Shown in pieces: positions 54,979 to 63,981 of a stretch of 64,000 bases of DNA (the first letter of the stretch is position 1; the number at the start of each line of letters is the position of its first letter). The DNA is taken from the IMG/VR virus record IMGVR_UViG_2928826531_000001, positions 31,603 through 95,602 of that record. The stretch is one strand, 5' to 3'. The DNA comes from a virus (lineage: Duplodnaviria; Caudoviricetes). Below the pieces are notes generated by a model. It ran no database searches and was not told the DNA's origin. It saw nothing but the letters and a program-made list of their open reading frames with translations. The position numbers and the translations under genes are program-made.

Positions 54979-55980
54979 TCAGGCGGCGTCGAGGAATGAG
55001 AGCTGCACGGCTCGCTCCTTTCGTTGGGCCTTCTTGCCGGCGTCGTAGTCGGAGAACGGCACGGCCCGGTACAGGCCGGTGACAACCCACCGCTGGAACC
55101 GCTTCAGTTCCCGGTAGCGATCGGCGTCCCTGGCGCGGCAGTCGAAGACCATCGGATAAGGGCTGATCCCCCGCTCCACCATGCGGTTGAAGCGGTGCCA
55201 CAGCCGATCCCACGTCTCGTTCTTGTCAAAGCCGACCAGCATGTAACTCATAACATGCTTGGGCGGGATGCCGGCGGCCTCCAGCATGTCCATGCCCTTG
55301 AAAAAGATGCCTTCGTCCTTGAGGTTGTCCCAAGCGGTGTAGAGCCGCCGTTCCTTGAAGGCATCGTCCCGGTATTCGATGGTCGCCAGAGCCTCCGCCG
55401 CGGCCGGCGTCAGCAGGCGCACGTTGATTCCTTGGTTCAGGCAGACCTTGAAGCCGCCGGCCCGGATCTCCTCCACCCGCGCCCGCCATTGCTCCTCCGG
55501 CTGGCCGAAGAAGTCGTTGTCGAGGAGGTGGATCTTCCGCGGGTGCTCCTCGCCGCGCCAGATGTCGGCGATGGTGCTGACGCTGCGGTTCTTGCCCTCC
55601 TTGCCGGGCACGACGCAGAACTTGCAGGACAGCCGGCAGCCGCGCTGCGTGAAGCCAAGCGACGGCTCATACCAGGGGTACAGGCTGTAATCGTAGCCGT
55701 CATGATCCGGCCCGGTGATCTCCTCGATGGTCATCTTGCTCTCGCTCCCGGTGCCGCCGACGATGGCGCCCGGCCATGTCCGCATGAACTCGGCGACGCG
55801 ATCGGCGCTGAACGCGAAGATGGCGGAGCCGTACACACGGTCGTAGTCCGGCTCCATCAGGTCGCGGTGGGCGTGGCGGACATAGTGGACCTCGTCGCCG
55901 CGCTCCCGGTGCCAGTGCGCCAACTTCATCAGCGCTAGGTTCGGGAGACTCCCGTCGAGCTGCGTCAAGCGCACTCGCAT
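54979..55980 (-). CDS. Phage radical SAM protein
   Basis: PNLALMKL, RGCRLSCKFC (CxxxCxxC), LLDNDF, QGIN.RL. Confidence 0.9.
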   Translation of the reverse strand: MRVRLTQLDGSLPNLALMKLAHWHRERGDEVHYVRHAHRDLMEPDYDRVYGSAIFAFSADRVAEFMRTWPGAIVGGTGSESKMTIEEITGPDHDGYDYSLYPWYEPSLGFTQRGCRLSCKFCVVPGKEGKNRSVSTIADIWRGEEHPRKIHLLDNDFFGQPEEQWRARVEEIRAGGFKVCLNQGINVRLLTPAAAEALATIEYRDDAFKERRLYTAWDNLKDEGIFFKGMDMLEAAGIPPKHVMSYMLVGFDKNETWDRLWHRFNRMVERGISPYPMVFDCRARDADRYRELKRFQRWVVTGLYRAVPFSDYDAGKKAQRKERAVQLSFLDAA

Positions 55981-56012
55981 GTTTCACAGCCCTCCATGGC
56001 CAGTCGGAAAGG

Positions 56013-56312
56013 TCAGAGTGCGTCACGGCCGGCATCGGCCAGTTCCACCGGCAGCCACATCGCGCGACGGATGATTCCGTGATAGCCGCACTCCTTGCAG
56101 CCGCCGCCGTCACACCCGCTGCACTGCGCCGACCACGTCACCAGCTCGCAGACCTTCCTGCCGTCGCCGTGCAGGATCGCGTAGTTGCGCCGGCGGTCCA
56201 GGCGCTTGCCGATGACCGACTCGGCTTTCTCGTAGGTGCTTGGCCGATCGTCGTAGTGGATGATGCCTTGGTGGTCGATGGAGTGGCCAAGGCGTTCGAT
56301 GACGGTTCTCAT
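56013..56312 (-). CDS. Zn-finger protein
   Basis: CSGC..GCKECGY.G; overlapping operon structure. Confidence 0.65.
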   Translation of the reverse strand: MRTVIERLGHSIDHQGIIHYDDRPSTYEKAESVIGKRLDRRRNYAILHGDGRKVCELVTWSAQCSGCDGGGCKECGYHGIIRRAMWLPVELADAGRDAL

Positions 56313-56743
56313 GCGGCCTCCGCCGGCTTCGGGGCGGCGTTCAGCATGAGGTGCCGCAGCGCGATCATCTCGTCGTTCCGGTACAGGCTGGTTACGAAGA
56401 TGAACGGCTGGTGCAGGTTGTGCCCGTTGGCGTCGATGTAGGCTTGCGCGCCGACCTCGGTGAAGCAGGCGGTCACGAACTCGTCGGTATCGACATAGCC
56501 GACGCGCTCCCAGCGGCCGGTATCGCGACCGCGCTCGTGCATCCGTTCCAAGATGCGGTGCTGCCGCTCGTCGGCTGTGGCGTAATCGCCATCGGTGTCC
56601 AGCCAAACGATGTTGTCGGTGTGGTCCTCGTCCAGGCCGTAGATGCGGCGCTTCTGGAACACCACAAACAGCGGCTCATGGGTGCAGCGGTTGTTCTGGC
56701 TGGCGATCAGCGCGCCGACCTTGGCGAGCGTGTCTTGGCTCAT
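56309..56743 (-). CDS. Conserved phage early protein (Ead/Ea22-associated type)
   Basis: QNNRCT.EP.F.V.QKR, FVTACFTE.G...YI..NGHNL..P.I.V.S..RN.EM. Confidence 0.75.
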   Translation of the reverse strand: MSQDTLAKVGALIASQNNRCTHEPLFVVFQKRRIYGLDEDHTDNIVWLDTDGDYATADERQHRILERMHERGRDTGRWERVGYVDTDEFVTACFTEVGAQAYIDANGHNLHQPFIFVTSLYRNDEMIALRHLMLNAAPKPAEAA

Positions 56744-57075
56744 TGTGCGGCCTCCAGGTCGTCGCTGGACGTCTGGCGCCTCTGGGCGCGGCGGCCCGCG
56801 GCCGCCTCCAGGAGGATGTCCCATGGATTCTTGTCGCCCTGGTACGGGCAGCTTCCCAGATCGGTAAGGCCGTGCAGTAGCGACTCGCCGGCATAGCTGA
56901 CATGGATCGCCCGGCCGCAGCAGCGGCAGCGCATCAAGTCGCCATCCTGCTCGTAGACGTGCGACAGCGCACACAGGGCATCGTTGAACTTGCCGGCCGC
57001 CAGAAGAGCTGCAGCCATGTTCTTGCGCTCGGTGGCCTGCTTGATCAGGCGGCGGACTTCGGCCTTGGAGGTCAT
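56740..57075 (-). CDS. Hypothetical protein
   Basis: Overlapping stop/start with neighbours; CRCC...H...C..PW. Confidence 0.6.
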   Translation of the reverse strand: MTSKAEVRRLIKQATERKNMAAALLAAGKFNDALCALSHVYEQDGDLMRCRCCGRAIHVSYAGESLLHGLTDLGSCPYQGDKNPWDILLEAAAGRRAQRRQTSSDDLEAAQ

Positions 57076-57308
57076 GCGGAACCATCCTGGACGGGCTCCG
57101 CCATCAGCGTTTCGGTGATCCAGGCGGTGGCCGCCGCGACGGACGGAAATTCCATCGGATCCGGATAGGGCCGGCAGTCCGGGCGTTCGTCGATGACGAC
57201 GACCTGCCGCCCCTCGCCGCGGATGCGAAACAGGCGCTTGTGGCGGCCGATCACGTCCCAGTGGCCGGGATTGCGCCAGGAGAACGAGAAGGGCTGAGGG
57301 GCGGTCAT
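57072..57308 (-). CDS. Hypothetical protein
   Basis: ATGA overlaps on both sides. Confidence 0.6.
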   Translation of the reverse strand: MTAPQPFSFSWRNPGHWDVIGRHKRLFRIRGEGRQVVVIDERPDCRPYPDPMEFPSVAAATAWITETLMAEPVQDGSA

Positions 57309-57871
57309 CGTTCGCCTCCCAAGGCGGTGTCGATACGGTCCATGGCTTCCAGGATGGCGTTATGACGTTCCAGGAATCGCGCCCGTTCAGGCGTTTCCGG
57401 TTCGCTGCGGTCGTCGTTGGTCATGCGCTGAAGGACAAACCCAAACGTGTCTCGGCTGGCGATTAGGACCTTGCGGTCGCGGTCGGATGCCGACGCTGCC
57501 TGACCGCTGCGCCGTGTCTTGGCCGCTTGCAGGGCCGCAAGCAGCTTGTCGTGCGCCGCTTCAGCCTCGGCGTCCGATGCGTACTCGAAGACCTCGGAAT
57601 AGTCGTTTCCGGTGAAGAGGACGCGGACGGCTGGACTTTTCCAGCTGTCGCCTAGCATCCAATCCGCTTCGCGCATGATCGGCGCCGGCTCCGGCCGCCC
57701 AAGTGCGCGAGACGCGAGACGCGTGAACAGCCCGGCCCGCTGCGGCACAAGGCTCGGCGACCCGGCTTCGTTGTCCCAGGCGCAGCCCTTGCTCCACCAG
57801 ACCTTCGCAATGTTGCGTAGATGAAGGTGCGGACTGTAGCCGGGCATCTGGAATAAGGGGCTGGTGGTCAT
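57305..57871 (-). CDS. Hypothetical protein
   Basis: ATGA overlaps, operon continuity. Confidence 0.55.
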   Translation of the reverse strand: MTTSPLFQMPGYSPHLHLRNIAKVWWSKGCAWDNEAGSPSLVPQRAGLFTRLASRALGRPEPAPIMREADWMLGDSWKSPAVRVLFTGNDYSEVFEYASDAEAEAAHDKLLAALQAAKTRRSGQAASASDRDRKVLIASRDTFGFVLQRMTNDDRSEPETPERARFLERHNAILEAMDRIDTALGGER

Positions 57872-58266
57872 GCGGCGACGCCCTTTTTCCAAGCCAGCAG
57901 GAGGAGCCGACGGCGTGTTTCGCCGCACCCGTCGTTCCAGTAGAAGAGGCCCATCAAGGTTCCGAGCACGGTCGTCTTCTGGCGGACGTAAACTGGGCAG
58001 ACGCCGGAATGCCGGCGGGCCACGGCGAGGATGCTGCGGAAGGTCAGGCGCTGCATGCCGCGCATAAGGCGCGTCAGTTCCGGACCGGCGAGGGCCGGCG
58101 TGCGTGCCGCTTGGTCGGCCCTTTCGTAACTCCCGGCAGCGCGCAGATCCTCGTACCGCTCCAATGCGGTCGAAAGCCCATAAGGATAACCGGACAGACT
58201 GAGCGGCCCGCGCATGGTGGTCAGCGGCGTTCCGTTCAAAGAGCGTGGGGCGGTCTCATCACTCAT
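57868..58266 (-). CDS. Hypothetical protein
   Basis: Operon continuity. Confidence 0.55.
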   Translation of the reverse strand: MSDETAPRSLNGTPLTTMRGPLSLSGYPYGLSTALERYEDLRAAGSYERADQAARTPALAGPELTRLMRGMQRLTFRSILAVARRHSGVCPVYVRQKTTVLGTLMGLFYWNDGCGETRRRLLLLAWKKGVAA

Positions 58267-58447
58267 GGTGCATCGCTTCCTGCTCTTTCAGGCGGGTGAT
58301 GTGGCTGATGAGGTCCAAGGTGCGCGGGCAGCGTCCGTAGGCCTCGACGGCGTCCAGCGCGCTCCGGACGGGAACCGACAGCGGTTTGCCACGGTGGATG
58401 GCGGCGTCGTTGGGCAGCACGGCACTGGGTGGAAGTTTCCTGGTCAC
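58259..58447 (-). CDS. Hypothetical protein
   Basis: Operon continuity, GAGG RBS. Confidence 0.45.
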   Translation of the reverse strand: MTRKLPPSAVLPNDAAIHRGKPLSVPVRSALDAVEAYGRCPRTLDLISHITRLKEQEAMHHE

Positions 58448-58448
58448 G

Positions 58449-58760
58449 TCATGCCTCGCGTTTGTGGCGGGCGCTCAGCGCCGCCTTGTGTTCGTCCTTC
58501 GCGTGGTTCACGCGCTCGAATAGGTCCGGGTGGAGTCGCTTCAGTCCGACCAGCCACTCCGTCGTCACGTCGGCCCGCCACCAGTCGACCAGGTCGCTCA
58601 GGGTCGCGGCGAAGGGGATGATGCCAACCGCGATGCGGCACCAGGCCTCTGCGTCCTGCCGATCGCCCGGCGATGCGGTGCGGGCCGGTGGATCACCATC
58701 AAACTCTGGTTGTTCGATCTCCGTGGCCCTCAGGGGCTTGCTGTCCTCAGGTGAAAGCAT
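58449..58760 (-). CDS. Hypothetical protein
   Basis: Operon continuity. Confidence 0.5.
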   Translation of the reverse strand: MLSPEDSKPLRATEIEQPEFDGDPPARTASPGDRQDAEAWCRIAVGIIPFAATLSDLVDWWRADVTTEWLVGLKRLHPDLFERVNHAKDEHKAALSARHKREA

Positions 58761-59205
58761 CGCGCCAGGGTTTGCCGTCCTTGATCGCCGCGGCGGCTTT
58801 CCGGGTGCGCTCGCACGGTGACTTGAGTGCGAGTCCCAGAGCGTGATGCACCGCCTGCTCGACGCCTCCGTGAGGAGTCCAGAACGTCACCTCGCCGATC
58901 TTGTGTTGCCGGTTGTGGCATCCATAGAACGACCAATTGTCGAGCCACCCGTCGCACAGCGGGTTCATGTACACATCGGACGGCTGCTCCTCGCCGGCGC
59001 CGTCGGTCCCCTTGCGCACGTGGGCTCCGGCAACATGGCTGGCTCTGCCACAGACCATGCAGGGCATGGTCCGGATCCACGCGCCGTGCTCCTTGCTGCG
59101 GAACCATGCGTCCGGCTTGTTGGCGCGGCCGGTGAAGGGCTGAATGGGGAGCCCGCTCTTATCGATGAGGGGCGGCGGTTTGGGGCGCCGGGCGAATCCA
59201 GACAT
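58747..59205 (-). CDS. DUF968-like HNH/Zn nuclease
   Basis: RS..H..WIR..PC.VCG, AHVR, PSD....PLC, CH..QH.IGE..FW. Confidence 0.85.
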   Translation of the reverse strand: MSGFARRPKPPPLIDKSGLPIQPFTGRANKPDAWFRSKEHGAWIRTMPCMVCGRASHVAGAHVRKGTDGAGEEQPSDVYMNPLCDGWLDNWSFYGCHNRQHKIGEVTFWTPHGGVEQAVHHALGLALKSPCERTRKAAAAIKDGKPWRDAFT

Positions 59206-59957
59206 CACGCAGCCTCCCGGCGGGAACCGCTGGCCTTGCGTTGCAGGATCCTTGTCACCGCGGTGGCGAGGTCGTCGCGCATCTGCTGGAAGGTCTTCGC
59301 AATGCGGACGACCTTCTCTCCGTGGAAGTCCGGCAGGGTCGCGGTGCACTTCCGCACGTTGACGAAGGAGCCCATGATCTCCTCACGCTTCACCGTGCTG
59401 GTCCACGTGCCAATCTGGTCGCCCTTGAAGTGGATTTCCGGAAAGGCCGGCGACACGGACAGGTGCTTGAGCACGACGGCCTTTGTGATCTCCTGGGCCA
59501 CGAAGGGGCGCGTTCGCTTCGGTCTGCGTTCGGCGCGCGGCGGGTTGGCTGCCATCAACTCGATCCCCGCCTCAATCGCCGCAACCACGTCGTCGTGGGT
59601 GCGTCCCTGAGCGCATTCCCACCGGAGACGCGACTCCCCGACGACCTTGTCGAGAGTGCTTTCGATGGGGGTCCAGAACTTGTAGATCGCGGGCACCTGT
59701 GGGTGGCCGTACACGGTCCGGTGCGCCAGATCGATGGCGTGGTTCATGTCAATGGGCCACGGCGTTGTCTCCGCCTCGGTGAGCCACCACTGCGCCCTGC
59801 CGTCCCGGATGTCTTCGAAGCTGTAATGCTTCCACCCGCGCCTTTTGATAATGGCCAGCATCTCCGTCAGAACAGCGAGCGCCGTCGGGCGCGCGCCTTT
59901 GCGGGGCGGGTTCTTCGGCGGCTGGAACGGATCCGAGGAGCGAATAGTGATGGACAT
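59205..59957 (-). CDS. Hypothetical protein (DUF6197-like segment)
   Basis: I.RRGW...W....GRT.DDVVA. Confidence 0.55.
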   Translation of the reverse strand: MSITIRSSDPFQPPKNPPRKGARPTALAVLTEMLAIIKRRGWKHYSFEDIRDGRAQWWLTEAETTPWPIDMNHAIDLAHRTVYGHPQVPAIYKFWTPIESTLDKVVGESRLRWECAQGRTHDDVVAAIEAGIELMAANPPRAERRPKRTRPFVAQEITKAVVLKHLSVSPAFPEIHFKGDQIGTWTSTVKREEIMGSFVNVRKCTATLPDFHGEKVVRIAKTFQQMRDDLATAVTRILQRKASGSRREAA

Positions 59958-60220
59958 GGGTCAGATCACAGGGCGCCGAGGAGGACGATGATCACGCAGA
60001 TGCCAACGAGGTCGGCCAGGAACTCACGGACGGTCATGACAATCACCTCAGGGAAGGACAGAGAAGACCGCGGTGCCGATGGCCTTGGCGTCGTCCAGGA
60101 GGACCGCGCAGGCGACCAGGATCAGACCGGCGACGAAGACGGTTCCGAGGACATCGCGTCCGGCTTCGCGAATGCTCACGACGACGGCTGGGATGACGTC
60201 GGTATGGATGGGGTCTCGCA

Positions 60221-60751
60221 TCACGCGGCCTCCGGGACCGGGTGAGCGGAGGTGACGCGGTGAACGACGCGGTGGTCGGCCGGCAGGTAATCGCGGAACG
60301 CAGCCACGGCTTCGTCGAGGTTTGGATGACGCTCGCCCAGGCGGCCCTCCGCCAAGCGCGGCCAGAAGCACAGCAGGAACATGCGCGGAGCGTGTGTGCG
60401 GATTTCGCAGCGGATGCGGGCTTCATGGCAGAGGAAGACGAGCTTGGTCAGGCGGTCGCCGTCGAAGGTCGCGAAGCTATTCCCCTCGTGCCACGGCACG
60501 GCCATTCCCTGACCCCAGCCGATCCACTGAATCGCGTCCCAGGCGATCGGGGCGTTGTAGATGCCGCCGCCGACCATGCCGAGGATGTCCATCACCTTGG
60601 CCTGGAATTCGCTCAGTGTATCGGGCGCGGCGGCGTAGCCCTTGGTGTTGTCGCTGCGGGTCTTGCGCGCGCGGCTGGCCGCCAGCATCCGCTTGCCCGC
60701 GGCGATCGCGCCTTCCGCCCACGCGGCGTGGTCCATCGTTGCGTAGCTCAT
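60221..60751 (-). CDS. Conserved phage hypothetical protein
   Basis: GGIYNAPI.W, ATFD...LT.LVFLCHEARIRC, HP.LDEAV. Confidence 0.7.
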   Translation of the reverse strand: MSYATMDHAAWAEGAIAAGKRMLAASRARKTRSDNTKGYAAAPDTLSEFQAKVMDILGMVGGGIYNAPIAWDAIQWIGWGQGMAVPWHEGNSFATFDGDRLTKLVFLCHEARIRCEIRTHAPRMFLLCFWPRLAEGRLGERHPNLDEAVAAFRDYLPADHRVVHRVTSAHPVPEAA

Positions 60752-60769
60752 AGGAGGTCCTCTCCTTGG

Positions 60770-61200
60770 TGTTCGGCTGGCGACAGCAGGCGGTCCTGCT
60801 CTCGGCAGCCGGCGGGGCGGTGTCGAGCCCCGCTGGCATCCTGCGAATGCGCCTTCGTCATGGGATGGTTGGAAGGGGCGGTGTCTGTTTCGGCCTGACA
60901 CTGGCTCGTTGGTCACTTCATGACGGACTCCCGTATGCGCGTTGGATGAGAGAGCCGGCTTCTATCTCCGCGCCGACGCCGGCCACATGCCCCACCACTG
61001 GTCCTGCGCGCTGCGCAGTTTTCCCCGCGGGGTTGACTCGCCGCGGCTCTCTCTGACACCTCAACCCCCACCCGCTGGTCAGGGCGAGTAAGGGGGTGAG
61101 GGGGCCATTCGTGGACGTTTACGGACCGTCTTGAACGGCGAAGTCATCCAGTCCTGATGCTTTAAGCCGGCTGGGGTCACCCATACCGGCCGGCACGCGC
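60770..61200 (-). ncRNA. Cluster of structured RNA elements in the early leftward leader
   Basis: 10-bp stem GAGAGAGCCG(60948-57)/CGGCTCTCTC(61044-53) closing several hairpins; further stems at 60776-60838, 61059-61102 and 61113-61194. Confidence 0.45.
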
Positions 61201-61365
61201 TGATGCGCAGGTATGGAGGTTTCAGGCGCGGTCAGTGCGCGGGCAGGACCGTGGCCAGCCAGCCCACGGAAGCGACCGCCCAGACGGTGGAGATGGTGAG
61301 GAGATCGCGCAGGGCGGACATCGAGCGGAGATCCTGTGCAGATTGGAGTTTTCAGACAGTCTGCG

Positions 61366-61734
61366 TCACGCGGCACGTGCGAGAGTCGGCGTCCACGCGG
61401 GCCGGTCGGCCGGATGCTCCACGCCGTAGGAGCGCAGCGTCTCCTTGATCACCGCCAGCTCGGCGGCGCGCGGCACGCCCACAATCGACCAGTCCCAGGC
61501 GCCCTCGATGCCGTCGGCGGCGCGCATCGCGTCGTCGAGGCTGGGCGCCAAACCGATCAGGGCACCGGTGGGCAGGTGCGTGAGATTCCAGCCGCGGTCG
61601 TCCCGGTGAATGCCGAAGGCGCGGCGGGCCTTGCCGAAGTCCACTCCCATCGGTCCCTGCACGGTGTCAATCAGGAAGGGGTGGAACGTCCAGGTGTTGT
61701 GGCTGGTCACGGTGTTGACGGGGCGCAGGTTCAT
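61366..61734 (-). CDS. Hypothetical phage protein
   Basis: FGIHR...W.LTHLPTG pattern. Confidence 0.65.
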   Translation of the reverse strand: MNLRPVNTVTSHNTWTFHPFLIDTVQGPMGVDFGKARRAFGIHRDDRGWNLTHLPTGALIGLAPSLDDAMRAADGIEGAWDWSIVGVPRAAELAVIKETLRSYGVEHPADRPAWTPTLARAA

Positions 61735-61922
61735 TACGCGGCCCTCCGGTCGAGCATCAGACCGTGCACGGCGTCGGCGCGCCAGGACTCGGCCCGCTCG
61801 CGACTGATGAACGGACCGTTGGGCTGGCCATTGTCGGTCAGGCGGCCGACATACCAGCCGCGGGACGGCTCCAGATCCGTCGTGGCGAAGGGGCTGACGT
61901 AATAGACCGGCGGAACAGTCAT
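61734..61922 (-). CDS. Hypothetical protein, first gene of the leftward operon
   Basis: GAGG RBS; GWY...GPF.SR..A. Confidence 0.6.
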   Translation of the reverse strand: MTVPPVYYVSPFATTDLEPSRGWYVGRLTDNGQPNGPFISRERAESWRADAVHGLMLDRRAA

Positions 61923-62039
61923 GCCTAGTCCTCTGTGAACACTTGTTCCGTTGCCCCCAGAGCCCCCTTGGCGGCCATGTGTGGCGCCAAGGGGGAAGTC
62001 TAAGGAGGAAACGCCGCGGAAGTGCCGCGACAGAGGCAA

Positions 62040-62067
62040 GGTATCTTTTATACCGTCAGGGTGTCAA
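62040..62067 (-). promoter_or_regulatory. Leftward early promoter with repressor operator
   Basis: Perfect TTGACA on the minus strand (62067-62062); operator GGTATCTTTTATACC (62040-62054). Confidence 0.65.
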
Positions 62068-62684
62068 TGGGGTTCCGCGAGATTTTTGTGCTGCAGATAT
62101 TCCTGGATGATCTCGACGGCGTCCAGATGCACCTCGGACTCCCCGGCGGGCATGCCAAACTCAGGATGCAGCAATCCGGTGATTCGCGTCAGCAGAGTGG
62201 CGCAGTCGCGTATTGGCGAGCGCATTTCCGCCACGTACGCCGCCAATTCAGTGCTCTCCGCCTCATCGACCACGTCACCACTCCTACTGCCCGCCGTGTT
62301 CCGTTTTCGTTCTGGGAAAGCATGCCTAAAGGCAAAGCTTCCGTCAACGTCCAACAATTGTCCCGCCTGTCCGCGTGTCCGTACAATCGCGCCGAGGTTA
62401 TAGCACCATTGGTAGCGTTGTTCTACCAACGCTAGATGGTGCGCCCTTTTTGTCTCTCGCCTAACTAGTTTGAAATATCGCCGCGCAACGAAGTCTCCAG
62501 GCGGCGATCGGAAATGATCGGGGCGAGGAAAGCAGCGCAATAATTTCGCAGCCAAAACGTAGGAGCATACCGGAGTATGATCCTACAGTTGATGGCTTGT
62601 GGCTTGGTTAATTTGTCCGTACAGTCCGCCGCGCGTACACGTTTCCGCTCGTACGGAAGCGCGTACAATTCTATACGTTGAGGC

Positions 62685-62939
62685 ATGAGAAAGATGGCCG
62701 AACGCTTTGAGATGCGCTGTGACGAGGCGTTCGCCGCGCGCATAGATGAATGGCGCGCCGCGCGGCGGCCGATTCCCAACCGATCCGCCGCGGTGCGCCA
62801 TCTCGTCGAAATGGGTCTTTGTTATGATGAAGAAGCCGTTCCGCTGCTGCGGAAGTTGCTCGAAGGGCGCCGCGACCTGGAAGTGCTGCGCCAGGAGTAT
62901 CCAGACTTGATCAACGATGTTCTGGGGCCGAAGCGTTAG
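62685..62939 (+). CDS. Ribbon-helix-helix (CopG/Arc-like) regulator
   Basis: RFEMR......IDEWR......NRS.AVR.LVE.GL; four CGTAC motifs at 62619-62666 upstream. Confidence 0.8.
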   Translation: MRKMAERFEMRCDEAFAARIDEWRAARRPIPNRSAAVRHLVEMGLCYDEEAVPLLRKLLEGRRDLEVLRQEYPDLINDVLGPKR

Positions 62940-63300
62940 CCAAGCCCTCGACATAGCCTAGAACTCGGCGCAAGCCGTTCTCGTCCAACTCTTCCAAAAG
63001 CGCCACGATCTGCCGCACCAGGGGCCGGGTGCCGACCGGGTTCATTACCCCTTCGCCGGTGAGAAGCCAGTGCTTCGAGACGTTAAAGGCCGATGCGTAC
63101 TGTTCCGCCACGGGAAGACGCAGGCCGTTGATGCCGGCTTCGTGTGCCTTGTAATTGTTGTAGTTCCATCCGCAGGCATCTGCGGCGTCTTTGGCTTCGA
63201 GATAGCCGGCCTGAATGCGGGCCAACTTGAGCCGCTGGCCCATCGCCGCGTTCTGGGCACGAATCTGCTCCTTTGCCTCGGCGGTTGCGCGCGGCTTCAT
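62911..63300 (-). CDS. CI-like XRE repressor lacking an S24 peptidase domain
   Basis: RLK.AR..AG...A..AA...GW....Y..HE.G..G.....YA.AF.VS..WLLTGEG; short helical C-terminus; divergent from the cro-like gene; start uncertain. Confidence 0.85.
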   Translation of the reverse strand: MKPRATAEAKEQIRAQNAAMGQRLKLARIQAGYLEAKDAADACGWNYNNYKAHEAGINGLRLPVAEQYASAFNVSKHWLLTGEGVMNPVGTRPLVRQIVALLEELDENGLRRVLGYVEGLANASAPEHR

Positions 63301-63423
63301 AGCGGGTGGCTCCAATCTACAGCCTGACGGGATCTTTTCTAACCTAAGCACTGACCGATGTACTGACTGATTCGGGGTCGCGCAAGCGAACCTAGCCGAA
63401 AGCGCCATGGGCCAAAAAATGGC

Positions 63424-63452
63424 TTGCGCCTTTGGGGTAGCTTTTATACCGT
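63424..63452 (+). promoter_or_regulatory. Rightward promoter/operator before cro
   Basis: TTGCGC-N17-TACCGT ending 6 nt before the ATG (likely leaderless); operator GGTAGCTTTTATACC at 63436-63450. Confidence 0.6.
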
Positions 63453-63458
63453 GTCGGC

Positions 63459-63674
63459 ATGAACACCCATGAAGCCGCAATTCGCCTCTGGCCGCGCCTG
63501 ATCGACTTCGCTCACGCCGTCGGGGCTCCGTACGAGAGCGTCAAGCAGTGGAACCGCGCGGGACGCATTCCGGCACCCTATTGGCTGTCCGTGGTGGAAG
63601 CTGCGCGGCTCATTGGGAAGACGATCACCGTCGAGGAGTTGGCGGAGGCCATCGACAAGCGGAAGGCGGCCTGA
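63459..63674 (+). CDS. Cro-like protein
   Basis: I.LWP....FA..VG..Y..V.QW...GRIP..YW..VV.AA, an alphaproteobacterial prophage Cro type. Confidence 0.85.
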   Translation: MNTHEAAIRLWPRLIDFAHAVGAPYESVKQWNRAGRIPAPYWLSVVEAARLIGKTITVEELAEAIDKRKAA

Positions 63675-63780
63675 GTCATGCGGCATCGGGTGGATCTCCT
63701 TTTTGTACTGACAGTTAGCGGCCTGCTGGCTCCGGCAATTGCCGTTCTTGGCATCGGCGGCACGCATCTCCTTGCGGCCT

Positions 63781-63981
63781 TCATCGGCGCGGTTGGCCAC
63801 TGACATGCGCGACGTCCTCCGCAACCTTCTCGGCCGTCTGCTGGAGAAGGGCCAACCGGTCCAGAGCCGGCGCCTTCTCCAGGCAGAGGCGCGCGATCTG
63901 ACGCATCAGCGTCAGCACAGCGAGCGCGAGGCGGCGGACTTCTTCTTCCGCGTCGTGGTTGGCCTTGGGCGTCGCGCTCAT
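63781..63981 (-). CDS. Hypothetical protein
   Basis: 66-aa helical ORF. Confidence 0.35.
   Translation of the reverse strand: MSATPKANHDAEEEVRRLALAVLTLMRQIARLCLEKAPALDRLALLQQTAEKVAEDVAHVSGQPRR

Noticed and set aside
61110-61165. Hammerhead ribozyme
   Set aside because: Core CTGATGA...GAAA is not present with the required stems
61937-61948. GAAC-ACTT-GTTC palindrome as an SOS box
   Set aside because: Matches the Gram-positive LexA consensus rather than the alphaproteobacterial one; may be chance or another regulator's site
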